The translations under genes and the position numbers were made by a program. Below the pieces are notes generated by a model, which had not been told where the DNA came from, made no database searches, and saw nothing but the letters and a program-made list of their open reading frames with translations. A DNA stretch of 63,150 bases, counting the filler, from Chiloscyllium plagiosum (taxonomy: Eukaryota), in NCBI RefSeq assembly GCF_004010195.1. It is 5 parts of one record of this genome, joined end to end, with 100 filler letters (N's around TTAATTAATTAA, not from the genome) between each part and the next. Parts side by side here need not be neighbours in the genome. Positions count along the whole stretch, not along the records: positions 1 to 25,466 come from NC_057712.1; 4 more parts are not named here. One strand, written 5' to 3'. Shown piece after piece: positions 13,101 through 25,094 of the stretch (within the stretch, counting starts at the first letter, position 1; each line of letters starts with the position of its first letter).

Positions 13101-14245
13101 CCCCTACCTTACTGGTTTAAATCCTCGCGAGCAGCTCTAGCAAATTTCCCTGCCAGTATGTTAGTTCCCTTCCAATTCAGGCAAAATCCATCCTTCTTGT
13201 ACAGGTCACTTCTACCCAAGAAGAGATTCCAATGATCGAAAATGTGAACCCTTTTCCTATACACCAGCTCCTCAGCCTTACATTCATCAGCTCTATCCTC
13301 GTATTCCTACCCTCACTAGCTTGTAACACTGGGAGTAATCCAGATATTACTACTCTCGAGGATGTCCATATTAAATTCCTGCCTGACTCTCTGTAACCTC
13401 CCTTCAGAATCTCAACCTTTTCCCTTCCTATGTCTTTGGTTTCAATATGTACAATGACCTCCTGCTGGTCCCTCTCCCCTTTGGGGGAACATTCTGCACC
13501 CTCTCTGAGACATCCTTAATCCTGGCACCATGGAGGTAGCACACCATTCTGCTTTTTCGCTGCTGGCCACAGAAACGTCTATCTGTGCCTTGGGCTGGAG
13601 AGTCTATCTATGTCTCAGACTACAGAATCGATGTCTTGGAACCTGACGTACCCCTCATTGCATTAGAGCCAGTCTCAATACCAGAAACTTGGTTGATCGT
13701 GCTACATTCCCTGAGAATCCATCAGCCCCTACATTTCCCAAAACAGCATACCAGTTTGAAATGGGTATATCCACAAAAGACTCCTGCACTAGCTGCCTAC
13801 CTCTCTTCCCTTTCCTGGAATTAACCCATCTGTGTGTCTGTATCTGCAACTTTTCTCCCTTCCTATAACTGCATTCCATCACATCCCCTTGCTCTTGTAA
13901 ATTCCTCATTGTTTCTAACTGTCACTCCAACCGATCCATTCAATCTGATAGGATTCGCAACCAACAGTATTTATTGCAGATATAATCCTCAGTACCTGTA
14001 AACTCTCCCTAAACTCCCATATCCAACAAGAAGAGCATACCACTCTACTAAAGGCCATTTTTGCTTCTTTAAATCTATAGACCCAGAAAATAGCACTGTC
14101 TTATTCCTCTACTAAAAACTGCACCTGACTAACTTAACACTTATGGCTTATATTTTTACATTTAATCCAGAGACATATCTCAATAAAACATATAATCAAG
14201 AAAGAACCCACTGTACTCACTACTGCAGACTTACAGCAAGGCCCA
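10175..14245 (-). mobile_element. Near full-length CR1 LINE (5' UTR, ORF1 with Cys-rich and SGNH-esterase-like regions, ORF2 APE+RT), frameshifted
   Basis: ORF1: GDS...TDRRFCG...MVCYLHGARIKDV. ORF2: CIYFNARG...IAITETWL endonuclease start (about 12980), QHGF, DFSKAF, GVPQGSVLGP, FADDTK. Tandem tail at about 10175-10195. Confidence 0.93.
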
Positions 14246-14444
14246 AGACCACAGTTAAAACTTCATACATTAGATTGATCAGCTCTCTCAGAATCCCTTA
14301 AACTAGAAAGCAAGTAAATCATCCTTGATCCTATCTCAGATATATGGGATCACATTCATGTCTTAAATGTCATTGGAACGTCCCAGTTGAAGAGTAAGTC
14401 CCCAGGTGGATTGTCCATTTACTTCCTCCATTACATTTATTCCA

Positions 14445-16715
14445 TGCATCAAGATCGTTCTGATGGCCGCGGGGGCCAAGACCCTGCCGCCGTGCCGCCA
14501 CACTCCATCGGGGTCGTGGGCTGCGCCCTTTGCCAGCCAGTCCTCTACCTCTCCGGGCTGTGCGCAATTCTGGACGTCCAGGACGTTCACGTCCCGGACC
14601 TCAGTAGCCGGTGCTGCATACGCGGGCGGTAGCGCTGCGCCCGCGGCGGCCTTGGCGGCCAGGTCGGCCCAATGATTCCCTAGCTGTTCAGCGGTGGTGG
14701 CCCGCTGGTGTGCTTTGATTTTCACCACCACAGCGAGCAGGGGGAGGCGTGCGGCCGCCACCAGGTCGCGGACCGTATTTTCGTGTTTAATCTGGCCACC
14801 GCCAGCCGTAATAAAGCCCCGGCAGCTCCACGCTGCCATGTAATCATGGACTACCCCGAAAGCGTACTGGCTGTCGGTAAAGATGTTTACCCGCTTGCCT
14901 GTTCCCAGGCGGAGTGCGGCAGTGAGGGCGACCAACTCCACGACCTGGGCGGAGGTGTCGTTCCCCCATCGTTCCCTGTGCTCGGGTGGTCCCGGTATGG
15001 TCGACCACCGCCCATCCCGTTTGGTAGGACCCCTCGACAAGCCTATGTGAGCCGTCCACATACAAGCTCAGGTCGGGATCAAGGACCGGGCTGTCGGCCA
15101 TGCAGTCCCCCTCTACCGAGTCGATGGCGGCCTGGCAATGGTGGGGTTCCCCCACTGCGATAATCCCGTCGGCTGGGTTTAGTGCTGTGTCCCTAACGAT
15201 CTGAATGGAGTGGTCCCGGGGGAGGAGAACCGCCTCCCAAGTTGCCCTGTGGCCATCCGAGACCGTCCGAAGGCGGCCCGTGTTCAGGAGTTCAACTATC
15301 GTGTGTCTAGTGTGTAGTATTATCTGGCCGGACATGGTGACCGGCTCACACACCCAGACCGCCCATGCGGCGCAATCCAGCGCCCCCCCCATCGTTCCCT
15401 GTGCTCGGGTGGTCCCGGTATGGTCGACCACCGCCCATCCCGTTTGGTAGGACCCCTCGACAAGCCTATGTGAGCCGTCCACATACAAGGTCAGGTCGGG
15501 ATCAAGGACCGGGTTGTCGGCCATGCAGTCCCCCTCTGCCGAGTCGATGGCGGCCTGGCAATGGTGGGGTTCCCCCACCGCGATAATCCCGTCGGCGGGG
15601 TTTAGTGCTGTGTCCCTAACGATCTGAATGGAGTGGTCCCGGGGGAGGAGAACCGCCTCCCAAGTTGCCCTGTGGCCATCCGAGACCGTCCGGAGGCGGC
15701 CCGTGTTCAGGGGTTCAACTATCGTGTGTCTAGTGTGTAGTATTATCTGGCCGGACATGGTGACCGGCTCACACACCCAGACCGCCCATGCGGCGTAATC
15801 CAGTGCCGCCACGCAGCGGTGCATGCCCTTCACGACCGGGGACTCCTTTGTGGAGTAGTAACCCACTGGTCTCATGTGGTCCCCTGAGGTTTGGGTGACA
15901 ACAGCGCTGTAAAATCTCCCTTCGAGGCCGTAAAAGATGTGGGAGGGCTTCGATAGGTCGGGGAGGCGCAGGGCCGGGGCGCTGAGGAGATGGGACTTTA
16001 ACTTAGAATAAGCGTCGTCCTGTTCGGGTCCCCATACCACTCTCTCCGCTCCTGGCCTGCCCACCTTCACTAGGCGCTGAATGGGCTCGGCCATAGTGGC
16101 GAAATGTGCAATGAAAGAGCAGCAGTAGTTAAAAAGCTCCAAGACGCGGCGGATTCCCCTGACTGTGTCCGGCCGCGGCATGTCAGCGATGGCCGACTTG
16201 CGGTCGGGGGGTAGGGTCATGCTTCCCTGGCTGATGTCATGTCCCAGGTACCGGACTTTATTTTGAATCCTGCCCGGCCGAGGGTCTGCAGGACTGCGGC
16301 CAGGGCTCCCAGGTGGTGGCGCGCGTCCGTGGACACGATCAAAAGGTCATCTACATACTGTAGGAGGGTGCTCGAGAAGGGGGAGAGGTCGCACCCCTCC
16401 AGGGTCTGGCTCATGACCCTGTGGAAAATGTTCGGGCTGTTGTGGAAGCCCTGCGGCAGGCGGGTCCATGTATACTGTCTGTCCCACAGCGTGAAGGCAA
16501 ACTTGTCCTGTGAGTCAAGGTGCAGGGGAATGGACCAAAAGCCATTCGCCACGTCCAGGACCGTAAAGATCCGGTGTGAGGGTTCGAGGCCGTTGAAGAT
16601 GGTGGTCAGGTTAGCTATGATAGGGTGCTCTCTGAGAGTGACCCTATTGAGTGCCGTGTAGTCGATGGTGAGCCTATAGCTCCCATCCGGCTTCCGGACT
16701 GGCCACGTCGAGAAC
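14445..16715 (-). pseudogene. pol: ERV pol remnant (RT, connection, RNase H, start of integrase linker)
   Basis: ORFs 16217-16798, 14844-16220 and 14363-15061 joined by frameshifts. Confidence 0.9.
14963..15808 (-). repeat. Tandem direct duplication, 2 x 423 bp, inside ERV pol
   Basis: GCCCATGCGG at 15361 and 15784. The peptide AAWAVWVCEP...TRAQGTMG occurs twice in ORF 14844-16220. Confidence 0.95.
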
Positions 16716-17617
16716 CCCGCTGTGTGCTTGGAACGCCTCAAACTTGCGGACCCCATATTCCTGGGCGCCCTCCCCAGGCTTCTGAGTGATACCCACAATG
16801 GCGTTCCAGTAGACCGGTGTATGGCCTAACGCCTCGCTGACATTAGCCTTGAAGTCGGCGAGGGCAACCTCCTGTTCGCGACGGTTGTCGCTGAGGTCAG
16901 CGCACCAGGACCCATTCTGGTGCGCGGCTGGAGCCTGGACCACAGGTTCTCCGGGAGTTTGGTCCGGACCAGGCCGGCCATGTCCCTATTGTGAAGGTTG
17001 TGGCAGATCTGCATCTCCCTAAGCCTCTGCCAAAATTCAGCATTATTGTGCCGGGGCTTAAGGGCGGGGAGCCTGTCCAGAAGTTTCATGGTGTCGCCCG
17101 GGGTCAGGGAGACACAGGTCATCTTAAGGCAGGGGTTATGGGCAAGGGTCGTGGCCCGTCCCCTCTCCCCGCCCCCGGGGGTATATTCAACTTTCACCGG
17201 GGCTGCACGAGCATAGCCCGTACGTGATTCCCGGGGGTCCGGATTGTCCGTGAGCCCCTCCCAGTCCCAGGTGGGGGACGGCGGGGCGCTGGGCGCATCG
17301 GATAAGGTTGGTAAAACCGTACGGGCAGCAAGCGCCTGGGCTTCTAGGTGCTCTGTAGCCTGCTTTTTCTTGTCTTGGACATAAAGCTGAACCTTGCCAG
17401 CAAGCCTAACGTGTGCCTGTAGCACCAGGACGCAAGCTTTCTCGTACCTATCTTTCTTCTGGCGGGCCCACCACTCGCGCTGTACATCCAGCGGGTCAGC
17501 GGGTCGTCAGCCTGAGCGAAGCATTGCCTTAATAACGTTTTTATTCTCGTCGGCTATAAAACGGGTAAGGGAACCCTCCGGCCCCCAATCTAGGTCGTCA
17601 GCCGCGCTTCCACCCAT
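16715..17617 (-). pseudogene. gag: ERV gag remnant
   Basis: accATGG start at 17617 (MGGSAADD). In-frame TGA at 17507-17509. PSAP late-domain-like motif. After a frameshift, a major-homology-region-like segment ITQKPGEGAQEYGVRKFEAF. Confidence 0.78.
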
Positions 17618-18506
17618 GGTAGGGGCGCAGCGGGTGTAACTTGACAGAAGCTAAACTAAAGTAAAGCCAGCAGGCATGCTAAGGGATGTCGCTGGCACTA
17701 GCTTATTAATCTCCCAGTCGGGGAGCCCACTCCCTGTAAGTCGAACCCTAGCCCCGCGGGTCAACCCTGGGCAGGGGTGGGGATAGTTACACACGGGGCG
17801 CATGTCGATTCCTGAGCGCACGACCCCGGGTTTCCGTGAGTCTCTCTCTCACCGCCTGATGTTCAGCGGCCGTGTGTACCCCACGAACAATGGGCGTGAA
17901 CCAGGGGCCCGAGTGCAAGGGGGCGGCGTGAACTCAGACCTAACAGCGCCTGATCCTGCAGAGGCCAACACCTCGGGACCGCGAAGTCAATGGGCAGAGC
18001 GCGTAACCATCGCTTGGCCCAGAGGCTCCGCGTCTCGGGCTGGTTTGGAGGACTTCCCTTCTTGTAGCGCGCGTCGAGCTCGCAGCCTCTACTGCGTACG
18101 CAAGGAAGGCGTTAAAACCGGGCTCAATATACAATGGGCCCCCTATCTCCCACTGCAGAGGTCAACCAGGAAGGCTTGTTTGGTCGGTTTTTAAACAGGG
18201 GGGGTCAATCTGTCGGGGTCTCGTACCTAAAGTCGTCGGTCCATGGATAGTCCATCAGTCACAGTAGCACATTAACAATAAACGACAATAATAATAATCA
18301 TGCACACATTTACTAGTGTTCCGCGACCCCAATCGCCCACCCGCGAAGGATCACTCTCACACACACACACACACACACTTTTAAAGAGTACTCTACCGTT
18401 ACACGACTGTCGGACTCACTCTGTTCACAGGTTTAGATAACGGCCGGCAGTGAAGTCCCTTGCGGGGCACTGGGAGACTTTTATGCGAGAAGTAAAAGAG
18501 TAAAGA

Positions 18507-18514
18507 TACTCACC
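18507..18514 (-). promoter_or_regulatory. Putative retroviral major splice donor
   Basis: G|GTGAGTA on the - strand about 30 nt downstream of the PBS. Confidence 0.6.
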
Positions 18515-18541
18515 CAGTGCTGCCGCAGGGATCCAGTCGTC

Positions 18542-18559
18542 ATCCCGGACGAGCCCCCA
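18542..18559 (-). promoter_or_regulatory. Retroviral primer-binding site for tRNA-Pro
   Basis: Reverse complement is TGGGGGCTCGTCCGGGAT, the canonical tRNA-Pro PBS, 2 nt after an LTR-terminal CA. Confidence 0.95.
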
Positions 18560-18561
18560 AT

Positions 18562-19345
18562 TGTTAGCGCGGATGAAATGATATCAGTCCGAGCCCAGAG
18601 TGCGGTTCAACAATCGGTAACGTTTATTGATACAGTAACACCGGCGGAGACCAACCGAAGTCCGAATCTTGGCTGTTCTGCCGTTCCCGCGCGCTGCTAC
18701 ACATTATATACCTTTCTTTGTCAGGATGTGAGGATTTTGAGTATGAATGGGATGATAGTTCCCCATTATCGCTGGAGTAGGTGCAAATGGTGGGTTTCCT
18801 GCCCTCCCAGGAGAGTTGCAGTGTACACACAGTAGGGTGCTAATTGGATTATGTAAATGGGTCCGGGTTCTATCTGCTTGTCTCTCTCTGTGACGGCTGG
18901 GGGCCAGCACCCCTCTTTGTTCCCTTGGGGTGCTGCTGTGTATTAGTCTGTTCATTCCTGTCTGGTGGATGCCTGTCCTTTGTGTCAGGATGGTTCTGTA
19001 TTGATGAATACGGGTGTGTTTCAGTCAGTCTCTTGATTTGATTTGGAGATGGGTTTCCATATTAATTAGCTCCAGAGTTTCGGTCTATGAGTCATGGTTA
19101 GTGTCTGGCCTAGTGTGGATTTGATCTGTCCTCTGGCTCCCATCTCCTGGTCACGTGGGCGGACCGGCAGCTGCTGAGTTCCGTGGGTTTAAGCTGTGGC
19201 TGCCGTTTAAAACACAAAATGAATTCCTATAGTTTTACCGATGTAGGCACAGTCCCGTGGCAAATGCGGGGCGGTTCTGATGCCCGCTTGCACCACTTTC
19301 TTCCAAATTGCTCAGGGTCCAGCATTGAAGGTGCTTCCTGATCAC
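18562..19345 (-). mobile_element. ERV 5' LTR (upstream end uncertain)
   Basis: On - it ends ...CTAACA at 18562, with AATAAA at 18628-18623 and TATATAA at 18710-18704 in U3-R-U5 order. Confidence 0.75.
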
Positions 19346-19347
19346 TT

Positions 19348-19670
19348 TAGAGGGTTTGTGCTACAGGAAGAGGCTGAGTAGGCTGGGACTGTTTTCCTTG
19401 GAGCATCGGAGGCTGAGGGGGTGACCTTATCGAGGTTTATAAATTCATGAGGGACATGGACAGAGCAAATAGACAAGGTCTTTTCCCTGGGGTGCGGGAG
19501 TCCAGAACAAGAGGGGAAAGGTTTAAGGTGACAGGGGAAAAATATAAAAGGGACCTAAGCAGCAACGTTTTCACACAGAGGTTGGTGCATGTGTGGAATG
19601 AGCTTCCAGAGGAAGTGGTGGAGGCTGATACAATTACAGCATTTAAAAGGCATCTGGATGGGTGTATGAA
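19348..19670 (+). mobile_element. CR1 LINE 3' fragment
   Basis: RQGLFPGV...FTQRLVHVWNELPEEVVEA. Confidence 0.88.
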
Positions 19671-19671
19671 T

Positions 19672-20262
19672 ACAACAAGCTTTCTTAGACTCTTTATGTG
19701 GATACGTTGGTTACAAAAGCCCAATAACGTTGCTTCTTCCTCAGGCAGCTGAGGAAATTTGGCACGACGGCGAATACCCTTGCCAACTTTTATAGGTGCG
19801 CCATCGAGGGCATTCTGTCTGGATGCATCACTACCTGGTACGACAACTGTACCATTCAAGATCGGAGATGGTTACAGAGAGTGGTGTACTCGGCCCAGAC
19901 AATCACAAAGGCCAACCTCCCATCTATAGAATCTATTTACCAAGCCCGCTGTCAAGGAAAGGCCGCCAGCATTCTCAAAGATCCATCCCACCCTGGCAAT
20001 GCTTTTCTACAGTCTCTACCATCGGGGAGAAGGTACAGAAGCCTGAGCACACACACCAGCCGGTTTCGAAACAGTTTCTACCCTACTGTTGATGGAATAC
20101 TGAATGGACTCACAAACTCAGCATTCGCCTGTACCTGCATTTTTGCTTTTGCCACTGTTTCTGTGCTATTTAATTATGTGTTCTGCCTGTATTCCTCACA
20201 AGACAAAGCTTTTCCCTGTGCCTCGGTACACATGACAATAAACTAAATTCATTCATTCATTC
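19672..20262 (+). mobile_element. Rex1/Babar-type LINE 3' end
   Basis: ILSGCITTWY...QRVV...ILKDPSHP...LPSGRRYRS...RFRNSFYP C-terminus, AATAAA, and (ATTC)n tail. Confidence 0.8.
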
Positions 20263-20270
20263 AATTAATA

Positions 20271-20444
20271 TCGAGGAACCTCGATTATCCAAAGGACACA
20301 GCTGGGCAGCATTTTGTTCGGTTAATCGAATTCTGGAAAACCAAATGCCAGATAATATAGTTTAGCCAAGCATCGGGACCTTGCGATCTTGCCAGATAAT
20401 CTGATAATCGGATAATCGAATGTTGGATAATTGAGATTCCTCTA
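20271..20444. mobile_element. Tigger-like MITE
   Basis: Imperfect TIRs TCGAGGAACCTCGATTATCCA / TGGATAATTGAGATTCCTCTA with flanking TA. Confidence 0.75.
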
Positions 20445-21980
20445 TATTTCCAAGTCAGGATGTTGAGTGGCTTGGAGGACAATTTGTATGTGGTTGTGTT
20501 CCCATGTATCTGTTCCCCTTGTCCTTCCAGATAGTAGTGGTAATGGGTTTGGAAGATGCTGTCTAAGGACCTTTGGTGAATATTTGCAGTGCATCTAGTA
20601 GACACTGCTGTTACTGAACGGTGGTGATGGAGGGAGTGAATATTTGTGGATATGGTGTCAATCAAGCAGGGTACTTTCTCCTAGATGGTATCAAGCTTCT
20701 TAGTGTTGTTAGTGCTGCACCTATCCAGGGAAGTGGGGATTATTCCATCACACTCCTGACATGTGCCTTGGAAACAGTGGACAGACTTTGGGGAGTCAGG
20801 AGATGAGATACTCACTGGAGTATTCCTAGTCCCTGACCTGCTCTTGTAGAGATTGTATTGATGTGGCTTGTCGAGTTGAGTTTATAATCAATGGTAACCC
20901 CAAAGAGGTTGATAGTGGGGGATTCAGTAATGGTAGCAGCATGAATGTCAAGGGATAGAGATTAGATTGTCTCTTATTGGTGATGGTCATTGCCTGGCCT
21001 ACATGTGGTGCACATGTTACTTGTCACTTTTCAGCCTGAGCCTGGATATTGTCCAGGTCTTGTTGAATTTGAACATGGACTGCTTCAGTATCTGAAAAGT
21101 CACAAATGGTGCTGAACGTCAGTGAAAATCCCCATCTCAGACCTATGATGGGAGGAAGATCATTGATGAAGCAGCTGAAAATGGTTGGGCCTGGGGCACC
21201 ACCCTGAGGAACTCACACAGACTTGTCCTGAAAATGAGGTGACTGACCTTCCATCACTACAACCATTGTCTTATGTGTTAAGTATGGCTGCAATCAGCAG
21301 AGAATTTCTCCCTGATTCTCATTGATTCCAGTTTTACTAGGGCTCCTTGATTAGGTTAGATTCCTTACAGTATGGAAACAGGCCATTTGACCCAACAAGT
21401 CCACACCGACCCTCAGAAGAGTAACCCATCCAGACCCCTATCTTATATTTACCCCTGACTAATGCACCCAACACTAGGGGCAATTTATTATTAGGTTAGA
21501 TTACTTGCAGTGTGGAAACAGGCCCTTCGGCCCAAAAAGTCCACACCGGCCCGCCGAAGCGCAACCCACCCAGAGCCATTCCCCTACATGTCCAATTCAT
21601 TTGCCCTGCAAATCGTTGGATTGTGGGAGGAAACCGGAGCACCCAGAGGAAACCCACACAGACACAGAGAGATGTGCAAACTCCACACAGACTGTCACCC
21701 AAGGCAGGGATTGAACCCGGGGTCCTTGGTACTGTGAGGCAGCCGTGCTAACCACTGATCCACCGTGCCATCCCAGTGCCACAGCTTGTCAAATGTGGCC
21801 TTGATGTCAAAAGTGGTCATTCTCATCTCACCTCCAAAAGTCAGCTCTTTTGTTTGAATCAATTCTATAGTGTGGTGAGGAGGCTTGGCCCTGGCAAAAC
21901 ACAAATTGAATGTAAGTGAGCAAGTTGTCATTGAGCAAGTATTGCATGGAGCACTGTTAATGACACCTTCCATCTTTATC
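20445..21980 (-). mobile_element. Old CR1/L2-group LINE interrupted by SINEs (21352-21775)
   Basis: Same family as 6260-7436; FDIKATFDKLWH RT motif in ORF 21695-22024. Confidence 0.65.
21494..21772 (-). mobile_element. HE1-like V-SINE (tRNA-derived), with a second 3' fragment at 21352-21487
   Basis: tRNA-like head GGCACGGTGGATCAGTGGTTAGCAC...GGGTTCAATCCC, V-domain GTGTGGAGTTTGCACAT...TTCCTCCCACAATCCAA, and (TCTAA)-type tail. Confidence 0.85.
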
Positions 21981-22597
21981 TTCTTGTAATTTGGGAAGGA
22001 AAGCAGAGTTGGTTTAAGATTCAAACAGGCAAGGTATAATTATGATGAGGGAGGTAATAATAGCACACTTTAATTCAAAGGCAGTATCTTAGGAATCATT
22101 TATGAGATCAGGTGGCTTGCTGGTAAGGAAAGAAGATTGTCTGATCAGATATAGTAAGGATACAGTTGAAAAAGCAGGAGCTGGATCTCATGGAGAAGAT
22201 CAGTTTGGACAGATCATGAAGTGAGATAAGAAGAAAAATTGAAAAAATGTCTTCGTTTGGAAATGATATACTCAAACACAGCCTGAGCAAATATTCCCAA
22301 ATTAGCAATTGAGTGAAACATAAACATATGGATCTTGGAAATTCAGAAGAAATTCTCTTTAAAATTTCTTGAAAAACTGGAAAGAAAGGCACAATGCAAA
22401 CTCAAACATTCTGACACAATGCTTGCCATTATGAGCAAAAATTTAGAATTGCAAAATCCAGTGCAAGGTCACTAAATGACTCAGTACTTTACCTTACATT
22501 GCAAAAACACTGTTTAAGATTTTTCAGCACTTTGGAACTCTATAAATAAATGATCTGATGTCATGATGACCTGAATCATTGGGACAAACACAGTTAC

Positions 22598-23418
22598 AAT
22601 ACCACCCCAACAACCCCCATATACATCGTATCATCCGCCGTCATTTCCACCACCTCCAAACGGACCCTACCACCAGGGATATATTTCCCTCCCCTCCCCT
22701 ATCAGCGTTCCGAAAAGACTACTCCCTCCGTGACTCCCTCGTCAGGTCCACACCCCTCACCAACCCAACCTCCACTCCCGGCACCTTCCCCTGCAACCGC
22801 AAGAAATGCAAAACTTGCGCCCACACCTCCCCCCTTACTTCCCTCCAAGGCCCCAAGGGACACTTCCATATCCGCCACAAATTCACCTGCACCTCCACAC
22901 ACATCATCTATTGCAACCGCAGCAGCCGATGTGGCCTCCTCTATATTGGGAAGACAGGCCGCCTACTTGCGGAACGGTTCANNNNNNNNNNNNNNNNNNN
23001 NNNNNNNNNNNNNNNNNNNNNNNNNNNNNNNNNNNNNNNNNNNNNNNNNNNNNNNNNNNNNNNNNNNNNNNNNNNNNNNNNNNNNNNNNNNNNNNNNNNN
23101 NNNNNNNNNNNNNNNNNNNNNNNNNNNNNNNNNNNNNNNNNNNNNNNNNNNNNNNNNNNNNNNNNNNNNNNNNNNNNNNNNNNNNNNNNNNNNNNNNNNN
23201 NNNNNNNNNNNNNNNNNNNNNNNNNGCCTCACCTTAACCTCCTTCCACCTATCGCATTCCCAACGCTCCTCCCCCAAGTCCCTCCTCCCTTCCTTTTATC
23301 TTAGCCTGCTTGGCACACCCTCCTCATTCCTGAAGAAGGGCTCATGCCCGAAACGTCGATTCTCCTGCTCCTGGGATGCTGCCTGACCTGCTGCACTTTT
23401 CCAGCAATACATTTTCAG
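22598..23418 (+). mobile_element. Penelope-like element (family A), GIY-YIG endonuclease region and terminal repeat, with assembly gap
   Basis: CNRKKCKTC...FTCTS.HIIYC...CGLLYIGKTGR.L.ERF (GIY-YIG with CCHH linker), followed by the terminal repeat with a hammerhead core. Confidence 0.88.
23330..23357 (+). ncRNA. Minimal hammerhead ribozyme motif (family A)
   Basis: CTGAAGA-A-GGGC(TCAT)GCCC-GAAA-C-GTC: catalytic core, stem II and palindromic ACGT stem III. Confidence 0.7.
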
Positions 23419-24662
23419 CACAGCTACAATCTACTCAACTTTAGTAAGCTGAAGAGCCACTTTTTACATTTTTATATTTAGAAGAACAGAAGCTACATCT
23501 TTGTGAGTATGATGCAGTATACCGTATCTCTCACTCGTTTTGTTCCAAGTGGTTTATTTTTGTATTATTTTTGTGAAAAGCACATCAACAAAATAAACCT
23601 CTTGATACATCGGTCACATTTTTGCTGCAGACGCATGTTTGACCAATGGTAACAACAAGAACTATTTCCAAATGGCTTTTAGCACAGTAAAATGTCATTA
23701 AGATGCTTCACAGCTGTATTATCAGACAATAAACTAACCCTGAGCCAAAGACAGACACATTTAGGTAAGGTGCCCAAATAATATTCAAGTTGTAGGAGCA
23801 AAGGAGAAACATGGAAGTGCTTTGGGGGAGAGATTCAAAGAGTAGACTCCAAGCATATAAAGAAACAGCCAACGATGATGGCTGAAGAAAGTCAGAGAAA
23901 CCAAGAGTTCAGTTAGAAAGTTGTAATATAACGATGATTATGTTTTTAATTCCATCCCCTGATTTAATACCGGAGACTGTCTTATGAAAGAAAACACACT
24001 TAAATAAGTCAGGACACTGTGTCTTAAAGTGGCTGCAGAGGTAACCTAACCTACATGACAGGCCAAGTTTCTTAAAAGTCTGGGATGTGGATTAACAGGA
24101 AACATGTCTCAGCAGTTCTGCAGAATTTCATTTTTGTCATTTTTCAAACAGTCTGGAGAAAAACCTGAAGAGAAAAGCAACAGCCAGGTACCCACCAAAG
24201 AAAAAGAAAATTCACAAAGCACATTATGTAAGCAGCAGTTTCTTCAAACCTTTTACAATGGGAAACCAATTCTCCTTCATTAACATGGGTTTTCACAACT
24301 CTGTGCCAATAACCAGCTATCACATGACGGAAACTCATTCCCAGCCTCCCCCCCTTGTGAAAAGCAAACATTAGAAGCTTTCTGGAGGGAGTAATATCAG
24401 GAAGGCCATATCTCTCTCTCTCTCAATAGGCTTTGAAAAGCTCAGACCCTATCTCTGCTACAAGTAAGAATACATCAGAGGGAGAGAAAATTTCTGAAGT
24501 AAAAGGAACTTCAAGTGCTACAACATTCACTCTGGGAACAGACAGATTGTAGTTTAAAGGGATTGTCTCCAGAAAAAAAACAGTTTAAATCACCACAACA
24601 ATACAGGACTTCACGGCCTGTAGGAACAACAGATATATAATTATTTTCACTATAGACATTTT

Positions 24663-24891
24663 CGAGGAGAAAGTGAGGTCTGCAGATGCTGGAGATCAGA
24701 GCTGAAAATGTGTTGCTGGAAAAGCGCAGCAGGTCAGGCAGCATCCAGGGAACAGGAGAATCAACGTTTCGGGCATAAGCCCTTCTTCAGGAAGGGCTTC
24801 TTCCTGAAGAAGGGTTTATGCCCGAAACGTCGATTCTCCTGCTCCTTGGATGCTGCCTGACCTGCTGCGCTTTTCCAGCAACACATTTTCA
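24663..24891. mobile_element. Inverted-dimer Penelope-derived insertion with two opposed hammerhead cores
   Basis: Palindromic about 24797. Cores at about 24763-24790 (-) and 24804-24831 (+). Flanked by ACTATRGACATTTT at 24649-24662 and 24892-24905. Confidence 0.8.
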
Positions 24892-25094
24892 ACTATGGAC
24901 ATTTTGCCAACATCATCTTCCCCATTCTTTAGCATGTTCTGTTTTATACATGCTCATGTATTGTATGCATGTTGTTGGGTTAAAGAAGGATTTCACCTTG
25001 TAAATGAGTCTTATACTGTACTTAAGTGAGTTTACAAGAAAGGCAGGTCCTCATTTTGTTAATTCCTAGATCTGCCTGGCTTGTTTATTAATAC

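Larger units (their letters stand above)
14445..19345 (-). mobile_element. Decayed endogenous retrovirus (class I/epsilon-like): LTR, PBS-Pro, leader, gag, deleted pro, RT, RNase H, truncated at integrase start
   Basis: RT motifs WPVRKPDGSYRL, LDVANGFWSI, WTRLPQGFHNSP, QYVDD. RNase H motifs YVDGS, SAQVVEL, TDSQYA, GNHWAD. Sharp rise in GC content. Outer boundaries approximate. Confidence 0.93.

Noticed and set aside
21700..21772. tRNA-like sequence
   Set aside because: It is the tRNA-derived head of a V-SINE, not a tRNA gene.
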